Below, piece after piece: positions 26,991 to 40,231 of a stretch of 64,000 nucleotides of DNA. Position numbers and translations under genes: made by a program. A model generated the notes under the pieces. The model made no database searches. It saw only the letters and a program-made list of their open reading frames with translations, and was not told the origin of the DNA. The DNA is from Setoptus koraiensis (lineage: Eukaryota; Animalia; Arthropoda). The stretch is from positions 10,788,001-10,852,000 of the forward strand of contig CM106586.1 of the NCBI GenBank assembly GCA_048013815.1. The letters run 5' to 3'. Numbering within the stretch: position 1 is the first letter of the stretch; every line of letters begins with the position of its first letter.

Positions 26991-29900
26991 TCACTCCTTG
27001 AAACATATCGATTTGACGCGCTTCTCCTGACGGTGCCGCGATCTGTGATAATGGTGCTGAGTGGTGCTGATGGCCTCTGGTTCACTGGCTGCCGCCGGGC
27101 CTCGGTAGTAATCGCCGATGTTGGCCGCGGCATCCTCGTCCAGCAGCGACGCCTCGGGCGAGGCTCGTCTCGGCCCGGCAAAGTCCGCTTGTCTCGGCCC
27201 GCCGATCCTATCCGCCGGCGTGTGCTGGCCCAAGGAGCTGGCGTTCGCCTGCCTCGGGCCGCCGCCGACAGTTTGCGGGTTCTGGTTTGTTTGTTGCTGG
27301 CTTGAGTATCTCTTGAGTGTGTTGTCCTTGTTTATGCCCAATATCTGGCCGTTGATAGTGAACAGGTGCCTCGCATTGAGTTGCTGTTGTGCCTTGTGTT
27401 TCAATTCAAAACTCTCCGTGCGCGCGGTCGCCGGCGACGCGATTGGCGTCTTGGCGCCTCTATCGCTCTCACCGGTTTCCGGTTGTCGGTGTTCCGGTTG
27501 TCGGTGCTCCGGCTGTCGGTGTTCCGGTTGGTGTCGGTGTTGCGCGCCAGGCGTCACTGTTATCAGGTCGGTGTCCGCAGTGGCCGGCTTGCTGCCCGCC
27601 AGCCTGGTGCCGATGAGTCTGGCGAGGCCGTTGAGCGACGAGTTGACCTTACTGGATGGCGGTTGCTGCTTTTGGGCGCCCTCTCTCGGTCGGGTGCGCC
27701 CCAGTTTCAGCTGCACCAATTCCGACTTGGACACAAATGAGAGCAGCATTATGAGGACGCTCAGCGATAAACAAATCACGGCGTTGAATTTGATGAACAG
27801 TCTGGCCGCGTGCAGCAGGGTCTGCGATTCCGTGGGCAGCGCCACGAACAGCGGAAGCTTGAATTGCCGGTGCGGTTGCCCGTAGGCGTCGCCGACGGTG
27901 GCCGCGCCCGTCGGACTGGCCCAGTCGAGGAACCAGTCGTCGCCCTCCTTGTACCGGTCGAGCCACAGGCCGAAATAGAGCGAGCCGAGCGCCGGCCCGA
28001 GCCCGAAGTATAGCAAACTGAGCGCGGCGTGCCACACAATATTCTGTTTGCGCACCAGATTTGAGTCGACAAAAATTGTCGCCGGCGGCACCTCGTGCGA
28101 CGACGAACTGACCGACAATTGCGACCATTTCGAGCTGGCGCCCTCAACCTGTTGCTGCGGCGGGCCGGTTGTGCGCTGCAAACCGCTGTAGCGCACAATG
28201 AGATGGTGAAGTTGAGCCGATATGGCGAACCAGCTGAGCGGAAAACAAAGCGGCCCGATGAATTGAAACACGGTCACTATGAGCCACTTGAGGTGCGTCT
28301 GCCGGGTCAAATACGAATATCCCGTGAATATGATGCAATACGCTCCGAAGGCCAGCGACAGAATGATGTCTGGCGCGTTGATGCTGCCCGCCGTGCCATT
28401 TGTGTTGGTGGTCGATATTGAGGTGCCACCAAAACAGGCTATAATGGTGAAACTGAGCGCCACCGTCGAGCTTGCGGCACCCAAATAAAAGCGCGACAAA
28501 AATACCCTGTCCGACGACGAGAAGGCCTGAACAATGATCGAGGGCAGGGCCGTTTGCGCTATCTCGAGCTCGATGCCCAACACCAGGGCCACCAGAAACA
28601 GCATGCCAAAGCGCAACTGGACCTCTCTCGTTCGACAAAACGGCTGCCCGCACACAAACCGGATGTCATCGTCTCGCTCGCTCTCAACGAGACGCTCGTC
28701 GCGTTGCGGCCCGCCGGAAGCTGCGGCGCGGCTGCCCGTGTAGTGTTGGTTGAGTTCGTCGCGGGGCGCCTCGCTCGACAGCGGCAAAAAACAGCTGGCT
28801 GCGGCCAGCACTATCGAGAAGGCCCCACTGAAGATGAAACAGCTGAGATAGTTGAACATTTTGAAGGTGTTGGAGTCGAAGACGTTCGAGTCCGACGATC
28901 GCTCCGTTGCGCTCGACTCGTTCCTCACTGTTGCGCCCGGCGATCCGGCTCCATCCGGCGCATATCCGGCGCGCATTTCCGGTTGCTGCGTTCCGCCAGC
29001 GGTGTCCGACGACCACAGGCCCAGCGACCAGCCAGCCTGGGCCCAGCCGGCCGAGAGCATTTGTTTGAGTGACCAATGTGTGTCGTTGGTGGACACCAGG
29101 TCAATGCTGAAACCAATAGTTATGGGCAACAGTATCATGGGGGTAAAGATGGCCAGCGAGCGCCACCTAGAGTCCAGGTAGGGACACTCTAAATCAATGG
29201 CGACCATTATGAGCAAAGCGTCTAGCGTTATCCAGACAGTCAACAGCATTGCGTCACCCAAAAATCTCCACATCGTATACAATAGTTGCGTTTGCTCTAA
29301 ATCACCTATTGTCTCTATGCAAGGCGACAGGGGCACGTAACGGTTGTTGCGCCATATCATGCTGGCCGAACCGGAAGTGGACTGTTGTTGCTCTTGTGTG
29401 CCCTGGATGTCGCTGGCATCGTCGCCGCTGCTCGCCGGCTGCAACTGATACAATATCTGGGCCTCACACAATATCTTGCAATTGTCACTTCCGGCGGTCA
29501 TAACATTGGTCAACACAGAGGCTGTGGCAGTGGCAGCAATTGCGCCACTGTGCTGACCGCCAATATTGCTGGCCGCCTGCTGTAGTGTGTGCAGTCGACC
29601 AGCGTCCAGCGGTTGTTGTTGCTGATTGATTTTCACTTGCACAACCTTGCTGTTGCTTGCGTAACCGGAAGTGGTGCACCTAATCTCGCTGTAGGGCCTG
29701 TTGTCCACAATGAACGGGGGTATTGGCTTGAATTTGCAGTAAGAGTGACTCTGGGACCACGTCCTATATTTGATTGGGGGGCTGTCCAAGAATGAGGAGG
29801 TTGCGTCGTATGAGTTGCTGATTGTTGATCGGGTTTCCGTTGTCGCCGCCGCCGCCGCCCCCATACCCGTACCCGCTGAGGGCGAGCTGGCGCTCAACAG

Positions 29901-30370
29901 GTGTAAGCGCGACTCGAACTGAATGTGGCCACTGCTGGTCTGGTCATCGTCCTGATACTCCGGGTCTGGCAAGCCGCTTGCGCCTGTGCCGTTGTCGCCG
30001 CTTAGGAGCGTGGCCGACCTGAGATCGGTCGGGCCGCTTGCGGGCGCATTGTCTAGCGCGTTTGCTACGGCGCTCACCAGATGGGGCCCCGGCTGTGCCG
30101 ACTGCCTGGCTCGGTAGCCTGCCACCGCCGGCTCTAGAATATTCTTTTCAAGCAGCCGATTTATGATGGCCGGATTGAGGCCCTTGTCTGGCGAGCTGCG
30201 GGCGTTGGCCTGATTGAAGCACTGCTGCGGCTGCGACTCGCTCACGAAACACACCTGAACCGGCGTGGACAGTTGACCTGGCCGCTGATTTTGTAGAGCC
30301 ACTTCCGGTTGAGATCTTGGCCCGTCGTCTCCGGTTCTGGCCGCCAGAGGAACTTGTTGCTGTTGTTGAT

Positions 30371-30401
<31 letters not shown>

Positions 30402-31073
30402 CTGCTGCTGTTGCTGCTGCTGTTGCTGTTGTTGTTGTTGTTGCTGTTGTTGCTGGAGCTGGTAGGGCGGTTGCAACAGCGGTTGGCTGTGTTTGCTGTT
30501 AGTTGTGGTGGGTATAGTGGAGGAGTAATCGACAGACGGATACACATTGTTGGTGGCGTTCGCTGCTGCCATTATTACAGTGTCGGCCGAGCAAATCTGG
30601 CGACAGTGCGACAACAAAAATCTAGTTAGACTGTCGGCCGTGTTGTGGCGCTCGTATTTGTGGCAAGCGAGCTCGAGATCGTTGGGACACTTTTCAATCA
30701 TAATAGTTTGTGAGACGCAATCAAAAAGCGCGTCGGGATTTCGGGGTGTCTGTATGACGCGCGGAACAAACAACAGCGACGTGTACGCCACCGAGGCCAG
30801 CAACGAGGCCAGCGTTATGATTAATTTGAACCTGTTGAACTTGAACGCCACATACGACAACAGCGAGGCCACTATCACGCTCAATAGGCTTGTTTTGGCT
30901 CTTACGTAACAAATGACATTTAATTGCAGGCCCAAGTCTTGCATGTGCTGCTGCATGAAGGGCACCACACAGCTGAGCGACGCCACAAAACAAAATAGGC
31001 ACACGGTGAGGCTGTTGCGCCTCTGGGCCAGTATCTCCATGAGCAGCCTCGAGTCCTGGGGCCGCACACTCAT
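26991..31073 (-). CDS. MFSD6-like major facilitator superfamily protein with large Cys-containing loop and poly-Gln (1360 aa, intronless)
   Basis: ATG at 31073. N-terminal TM helices (LTVCLFCFVASLSCVVPFMQQHMQDLGL...FKLIITLASLLASVAYTSLLFVP) are typical of MFS_1-like/MFSD6. A ~480-aa loop with Cys pairs and a long Q tract follows, then many TM segments (WRFLGDAMLL...YFGLGPALGSLYFG). Confidence 0.75.
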
Positions 31074-31418
31074 TGCGCTCCGGCGATTGGGGCCCGGCGG
31101 CGCGTCACATGCTTGCTTGGCTGTTTTTCACTGTTTTTCTGCTGTTTTTCGCTGATTTTTGCCAGTTGTTTGCTTCTTATTTGCCGTTTTTTTGCTGTTT
31201 TTTGCCGGTTATTTGCTGCTTATTTGCCGGTCGCTCGCTGGTTATTTGTTGCTTATGAATTGGCCGATTATAGGCTGGTTACTGGCTGGTTATTGGCCGA
31301 TTATTGGCTCGTTTTTGGCTCGTTTTTGCTGGCTGTGCATCGGCTGGTTGTGTGTATAGTAAGGTGTGAGTATGACGGTCTGGCGATATCTCGCAGGCTC
31401 AACTTGGCGTGAAAGCCG

Positions 31419-31495
31419 TGAATCTGCCGAATCTACCGAATGTGCCGAATGTGCCGAATGTGCCGAATGTGCCGAATCGCTCGAATCGCTCGAAT
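31419..31495. repeat. 9-bp tandem repeat (GCCGAATGT-like) x~8
   Basis: Read directly; upstream of the MFS gene. Confidence 0.85.
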
Positions 31496-33214
31496 GAAAG
31501 AATGCCAGTGGACAGCTCGCGAAAGTGCCAGCGCGTTAATAGATCGATAAGCAAACATGATGCCAATAAACAGACGGATAAAAGCGTGTGCACCTGTCGC
31601 GGCGGGGCGGCGTCTCGTTGGGCTGTGTTGTTGCCGTGCCAGTCGCTGGTCGTTTCCGGAAGTGCGTTTGTGTGTCAGTCGCAATTATGCGATCTTTGCA
31701 CTTTTGCTATATCTAGTCGATCTATTCAATCTGTTTAATCTATGCAAAACTGCGTCGCTAAACCGCGCTAAACCAACAACTGCCCGGCCAAATATGATGC
31801 AAACTGCAAACAAAACTACTGGCAGACTACTGGCCAACCCGGCAACTACTCGCCCGACTGCAACTCGCGACGGGCCCACAATGTATCGCTACACATCACT
31901 GCCAGCCACTGACTAACTGGCAATAACTGGCCAGAAATCACCTGTCGCCAGGCCGGGCATTGTTGTGAGCGCCGACGGCCAACAGTGCAGTGTGTATGTA
32001 AAGCTGCGCATATGTCTATATATATTGGAGTTGCTCGCCATTCGCCATTGAGCCATTCCAATGGAATGGCCACGATGCGATGGCTCGAAATAAAACGATA
32101 ATTTCGTTGGCGCGACCGCTGGCGTTGCGCAATGCGTTCGCTGGCGTTGCGTAATGCGTTCGCTGGCGTTGCGTAATGTGCGTTCGCTGTTATCGGCTTG
32201 CGTTGTCGTGATGCTGATCGTGATGCGGCTCTGGGCGCTGCGCCAGTTTGCTCACGCGGCTCGCCGGACTGGCTGTCAGTTGCGAGTTGCCTGTTGGTCA
32301 ATTGGCGGCGTCGTGTCCGCGCTGCCGGCGCTACGTTGGCCGCCATGAGAACGCTAACTATGGCTCAAAACTCTGAGCCGAAATTGCGCCTAACTGACCC
32401 CACCCGACACACCGAACGCCAATTTCGTCCGCCAGCGCTACAGCCGCCCAGCCCACATATTCGACCCGACGTATTCGACCCGACGTATTTGACCCGACGG
32501 AGCCGGCCTACTCGACTCGATCGGGTTTCCAGCGGCTCAATCGGGCCGGCGGACCGGACGGGCGCATGACGGCTCGTCCATGGACATTTCACGGGTCTCA
32601 GGCAGACGTGACCGGTCGATGGTCACACATCATCATGGCCGCTAACGAGCCATTGAATCGATCCGATTCAATCACTGAGTCGCTCACTCACACTCATGAA
32701 TTGGCGCTAATAACGTCGATTGTTCCCGCTCGCAAACAGTTCGGCCCGGCCGCGCCGGCCGCGCCGGCTGACCGCTCCGGTCCGGCAGTGCAACGCGAGT
32801 CTGGCGGCCCAACGAGAGCGTGGACGGTCGGGCGAGAGCGCCGGCGAGCCGAAACAAAACGCCAAGACCTCGTTTCGAGCGGCCGTCTCACCTTGATTTG
32901 TTCGAATGTGTCGGCGGCGGCGGCGGCGGCGACGGAGGCAGATGCAGCCGCGCCAGCTCCACACAACCGAAGCGAATGGATAAATAATGATTGTTTCTCG
33001 GGGCAGCTCATTTCTGCTCATTGCAGCCAACCTCGCTCATTCGCTCATTAGCTAATAACTGATAATAATAACAATAACTGCAAATACGCACTTTCCATCG
33101 CCTGTCCATGGCACGTCTCGGCCGACTGGCATGAATCACCTGCTGACAGTGGCTTCGACGCATTTGAATAAATTTGCTGCCTCTTATTCGCATTGTTCGC
33201 ATGCCCATAACTTG

Positions 33215-33266
33215 TCCGCGATAACTTATCCGCGATAACTTATCCGCGATAACTTATCCGCGATAA
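33215..33266. repeat. 14-bp tandem repeat TCCGCGATAACTTA x3.7
   Basis: Read directly; unit junctions form near-palindromic GATAACTTATC. Confidence 0.95.
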
Positions 33267-35734
33267 GGCAGCCGGATGGTCCCTCTGCATTATAGTTATA
33301 GTTTTACATTGGATATCGGGCCGCACGTTGGAATGGCGCCAGCACAATGACGCTAATTATACAGTAGTAGTAATTGAAACAAGTCAACCGTTTTTCCTGT
33401 ACGCGAGCTCAAATCCACACGTGAATATCACTGGCGGAAACTGCTGTTGTTGTATGCCGAGCAACCGACGGCAACAACAAAGTGGGTTTATCTCGCAATC
33501 AATCTCACTTGTTGGAGCCACCCAAACGGTCGGTATCTAGCCAATGCTGCCACTGCGATCGTCTAATCATCAAGCACAAAATTCATTCCAACTTTAATTA
33601 GTCAGCGGCAGCAGCGATTCTTAGGCGGCGATTCTCGGCGCCAGGCACAAGTGTAATCGCGAGTATAATTGCCCTGGATTAGACCCAATTATGACACACA
33701 GACGCATTTAAATCAACTCCGTTGATGAGCGAGCATTGGATCTGCCAATTGGCATCAGTCGCATGCTGCCAATGGCAGTTTGCTCGTCAATAACGCCACA
33801 ACTCTCGTCTGGGGTCTCACTCACAAATATACGCAAATATATCGCACATATTGTTGGCAAGGAGGCCATTTCCAGCTTAATTCACAGTGCTAATTTGCAG
33901 CGTTAATTTGCAGCCAAAGGCTGCAAATTAACAGTAAATCTGACAGTTGATTGCTGGCGATTGTGGCTCGCTAAAAATCGCTGGCGCCCAAGAGCGACAT
34001 TCAATGTTATTAGAGCAATGACAATTGCCCTAATAATGTGTGGCCGATGCGACACAAAACTACCGTCGCTGGTGTTTATCTGCGTTTATCTTGCCGTGAA
34101 TTTTCAATTGTGTCAATAGTACTCGCCATCTAGAGCCCAACATGAGCTTGCGCGGGCTGTGTGAGTTCTCAATTGAGTCTAATTGAGAATTCAACAATTT
34201 CGCGTTGTCGCCAACAATTATCCCAAGTCGATGCGATAGATTTCGGCTCACAATTTTGTCAGTCAGCAATCCGACAATTGTGAGGTAACTGAGACACACT
34301 CGCCTGCTGGATACAGTCGACTGCTGTCATTGGAGCGGACTCGCAATGCCGTTGCTCGGCTTTTCGAGCCTGTTCGCATGTATTCATATTTGCATATCGT
34401 ATATTCGTGTATTATCTGTACCGTCACTGTGACATTGAGTTTGCGCAAAAACTAAAAGTTATTAGCTTGAGCCCCATCCAACTGACAGTTGATAAGCTGT
34501 CATATATTTTCTTTGCTGTTTCTTTTTATTTTCATTCGATCATCTGCTAAAATTAATGATAGACGTAACAAAAGTTTCACTTTTATGTCTTTCGCAAGCG
34601 TGCTGTCGCTGTTTTATTATTTGCTGTTGTAATAGGCAAATTAACTTGGCAACATCAACTAACGGGTTGTTTATGAAAAATGAGATTTCGTATAATGGGA
34701 GCGCTCGTCGCGGCTGCGGCTGCTGCTGCTACAAAGCCAATGATATGATACAATTAATAGATGAGTCGCGATGACTCGCGAACGAAATGATCTATGGCTG
34801 ATTAAGAAATAAGCATCTTGTATATATCATATAATAGTTTTGTTGTTTTGTTTTATTGTGAGCGCCAACATTATCGCATAATCTTATTTGTCGAATAACA
34901 ACAAAAACAAAAAGTGTAGCATAGCTAGCGAGAAAGGATTGCAATGGCAACTACTGCAAATAGGCATGCTTGTTCGTTTTCAGCAAGCTAGCAGTGGCAA
35001 CTTAACACTGGCGTCATGATGATAAGGGGCTGATTTGAGGCGAATCCCAATCTCGTCTGGATACACGATACAGGCAATAGACGAAGCATATAAAGAGAAT
35101 AAAGAGAAAAGTTTATTTTGAATAATAATAATAGTTGGAATCGTCAGTGCAGCGTCGCAGCACAATCACGCCAAACACAGTGAGAGAGAGAGAGAGACAG
35201 AGAAAATGAATATCAGTTTTCTTTGTTCGCACATGCCTCATTTCCATTCAATGAGCAAGTAGTCTCATCATCGGCGACAGGCAAATTGTTATTTATATTT
35301 GCATAATTAATTGATTGTGATATCAATAACAACAACTTTACAATATCCAATCATACAACATACAGCAGCACGGCGTTTTGACAGAATAATGCAGCGCTCA
35401 AAAGTTCATCACAATGTGTGAAAGAACCAAGACACTCTTCGAACAGGCCACCAAACACAATAGAATTTATCACCCTCAACTAATTAATTATATGTAGACC
35501 TAAAACTAATTAAGGCGAAACACCATCACCATTATTATTATTACTGTTGTTTTGTACCATAGAGACATTGCTATTTTAGCTCTCTATTCGCATCGTATGC
35601 GTGGGCGTAATTAGACACGATAGGCGAGACATAGCGTTGCATTTAATCAATTAATTATAGCGCCTAAGACACAAATATAGCTGAACCAACGACTGCTGCA
35701 TCAATTTATACACATGGTGATAGATTGGACGAGG

Positions 35735-35917
35735 ATGGATAAAGAAGGTCAAAGTTTGGTTGTCAACTATCTCATACTCATACTTTTGTTGGTCATTTTA
35801 TGGATAATGTACACAAACGTAAGTGGCGACACTGAGCCTCTCGTAGCTCTCACCATCTTCTTTTTTTCCCCTCAAATTGTCACCAATATTCCTCGTCACT
35901 AATGAGTCCAGCCATAA
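35735..35917 (+). CDS. Sarcolamban/sarcolipin/phospholamban-family SERCA-regulatory micropeptide (~29 aa)
   Basis: ATG 35735 encodes MDKEGQSLVVNYLILILLLVILWIMYTN, then GTAAGT at 35819. The likely acceptor CCAG ends at 35911 and is followed by CCA TAA. Ungapped from Met1 it shares L8, N11, aromatic 12, I14 and W23 with sarcolipin; QSLVVNYLILI parallels phospholamban QNLFINFCLIL. Confidence 0.75.
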
Positions 35918-38374
35918 ACGATAAATGTTTTACTCAGGGCTCACATGAGCACTATTACATATATGCATACCATTTATACATGTGTATCTTCGAATAGATG
36001 CAACAATTATCGCGCATAGTATCAAGTCCATAATTAGTACTGCATACAGTGGTGTCATAATTGTTTTTCATGGCTATTCATTGATTGAGACGCTCAATGC
36101 CTAGACGCAAACAACGTACTACAGTGTAGACATTTTGCTCATATGCAAAGTGAATATGGAAAAAAAGTTGAGTCACATAGACTTAGACAATTGTAGAAAC
36201 CAGTGCAGCAATTTTTTAATTTGAAAAGGCATATTTTTCACTAGTTGCAACATGTACATTGCTTGCATAGATAAACAGTTTTTCAAGGTTTATGCTTGAG
36301 TGGTATATATCTGAGAGAAAAACTCGAAAACAAGCTTGCCGATTTTAGAGCGTCACATCTTTAGGGGGCTTAGTGGTAGTTGTGGTAGTAACAGTTGAAA
36401 ACATTTAGTGTGGCATCAGTTTATCCATGTAAATCAAGTGCATGCAGATTGAGAAGTTGATGCGGTCCCAACATCAATGTCACACTAACGTATGTCATTA
36501 CTAACGGATTGCCATATATACCATACCTCTAACAGTATCTAATATATGTATATATCGCGGGGCAAGAGAGGCTAGAGAGTTGGCACAATTATTCTTATAA
36601 TTCTAAGCTCACTTTCACCACTGGCACGAAAAACTTACTATGTCTCTCTGTCTGTGTATAATCAAGTTGCCTCGTAGTAGTATTTTCTTTCAAACATGAA
36701 GGAACAATGGATTTAGTTAGAAGATAGCAAATAATCAAATGTTATTTTCCAGTGGCAAAGGTATATATGGGTTAGTTGCTAGAGAGGACATCTCCATACA
36801 TCTCATAATCTCCGCACATTTGCGACACTCAAGTGACGCTAGATCTAGTTAATAGTGAATATTATGTAGTCAGCCCTAATCCGAATGCTGATGATATATT
36901 TTCTCACTTAATCAAGCGATTAAACGTACTAATTGTTGCTACTGTTCATCACTTGACATCATCAATGACCTCTATGGTTGCGATAAAGCCCCTATTTGCA
37001 CGACAATAGTGATAATTCTCAAGTGATTTGATAGAGACTAAAATTGAAAAATTCAGCCTAGTTTCATCGTATCGGAAGAAAATCCTCAATAACAATCGAA
37101 ATTGTAACAATCACAGTAAATAAAAAAGCTTTTAAATACTTCAAAGTATTAGTACAAAACATAATATATAGCAAGCTCAAGCCACGAAGAAGATTGTTGT
37201 GAGAAGTTTCAAAGATGGACAGAGAGGTTTTGTCGCTACTTTATGTGAATTATGCTATTCTAATTGTTCTATTAACAATACTGTGGCTTATATACTTCGG
37301 GGTAATAAGCTAAGAATAAGCGGAAATAACACTCATTTATTAGATTATATAGATTATAAAACTCACAAAATAGATAGATTGCTCAACATTAGTCGGTAGA
37401 TATAGTTATTACATAATTGTAAAAAACCAACAAACTAAACAATTGAATGCTTGTTGCATACAGGCATGCCTAAACTGTCACCCAATGTATACACTAATTC
37501 TGATAATTTTCTGTCTCATCTCTTCAAAATAACTTTCAGATGTAAGTTGCTCATATGTATTGACGTAGTGCCGGGATCAAGCAATCCCAATGTAAATACA
37601 ACGTTATGGATCCAAGACAGACCCTGTCGAGCTATGCTGGCTCTTTGTAAGACGAATATCTGGCTCTGCATGGTGGTCATAAGTGGCATCAAATTATGAG
37701 GCCACTGGTCATCATAATATCAATTTTGATATAAATGTATTTATTGGAATCCATCACCATCAAAACAACTCATCAGGTCTATTGCCGCAGTTGGTTGGCT
37801 GGTGCTGTGAAGGCAATATTATTCTAATTTATTCGGGGACGCTATGATGATACAGTAATAAAACATCTCTGTTCAGTATTGAATATCATGATTAAATTGT
37901 TAGTACATTAGATTATTACTACATGTATGTGTGTCAGTAGATTAGAAATTGCTGTCTATCGATCAATCAGAGACAAGTTTATATCAGCGTAGACATTTCA
38001 AAAGCGAATAGAGAGACTAGACTAAGGACTCCTCGTTAGTAAGGAGGAATATCAATTGAAGATGAAGGGAAAACAAGTTATTTCTCAAAAATAGGAATAT
38101 TCAAGTTCCGAAAGACAACAATTTTCAAATATCTATCAATGAGATTCGAAGATTTGTCTCAGTCTATTTTCTCTTTCACTATATGCTATTTTCGTCGTAG
38201 ATCCTGCCTTTATAATATGGTTGAACATAATAGTTTGTTGATAAAGTTGGCGATATCTTTATATTATATTACACAATATGACATAGATTCTACTATTAGT
38301 GAAATTACGTCACTATCAATTTGATTGTTGTGAAGTTGTTCAATTGGAGAGTACACATTAAACACTACTTCTGG

Positions 38375-39411
<1,037 letters not shown>

Positions 39412-40231
39412 TTACTACAAGCCGAATATGATGATAAATAAGCAATTAATATTCAAAATAAATAATGATGATGAAATTCAATAATAATAATAATAGTAAT
39501 GAAATAAATAATTCGCTAATGAGTTTTGAAAATGATGATGATGATGCAATCTAATAGAATACAGTGGCTGGGTAGCAAAGATGTACACCGATCCAAATTT
39601 ATCCTGAACGGGTGGCGGACGTAATACAATTCATTTAAAAAATTTCGATGATGGTAACAAGAAGGCAATAATAGCAAAGGTCAACTATATATAAATTCAG
39701 CTAACTATACATAGATGATGATAATATTTATGATGATGGTGATAATATAATAATGATAATAATAATTATAACAGTGATTAATATTAGAAATGGTTTTGTC
39801 AGCACAACACAGAGTGTATCATCAATACTGTACAAGTGCGGATTTTAGTTTAGTGGGGGAGGGGGTGTGTCGGTGCATTGAAAAAGCGCACTACATGTGT
39901 TAGAACGTTTGCCTACAAAATCAGCTTCTTGCTCCAGTTATCATGCGGATGTAACAAATATACAAAAATAAATGTGAATATTAAAAATCATTTCAACCTT
40001 TTTATTTAATTTATGAGAAATAAAAGTAGATTGCTACAGATCCACGCAGCCGGCAATTAATTTAATCGATTTGCATTATTACTGCGTTTTTCATCGCCAA
40101 TCAACAATTATAATCATCATCATACACCTAGACTATCTGGTCGGATATAACTCCAATAATATTTCCAGTCACCCAGACGACAATATACCAGACATATGTC
40201 TCATTAGTGCAAGCTAAACAGGAAGCCAAAA

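Larger units (their letters stand above)
9550..33300. other. GC-rich, low-complexity compositional domain
   Basis: Visibly higher G+C (roughly 55-60% by eye) than the AT-rich flanks. Dense in (CA)n, (CAA/CAG)n, short tandem duplications and overlapping shadow ORFs. Confidence 0.85.

Noticed and set aside
26588-27030. ORFs with FDK/NLS/NST tripeptide repeats
   Set aside because: All frames are explained by a 9-bp non-coding tandem repeat.
12237-33266. Short direct-repeat arrays as CRISPR
   Set aside because: The units are contiguous with no unique spacers, there are no cas genes, and the context is eukaryotic.
9550-33300. GC-rich domain as bacterial contamination or horizontal transfer
   Set aside because: The GC shift occurs within a spliced eukaryotic DYRK2 exon, the enclosed gene is an animal-type MFSD6-like gene, and there is no operon-like coding density.
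34556-34774. Cys-rich 72-aa ORF
   Set aside because: Cys come from TGC/TGT low-complexity runs; no signal peptide or metallothionein/knottin spacing.
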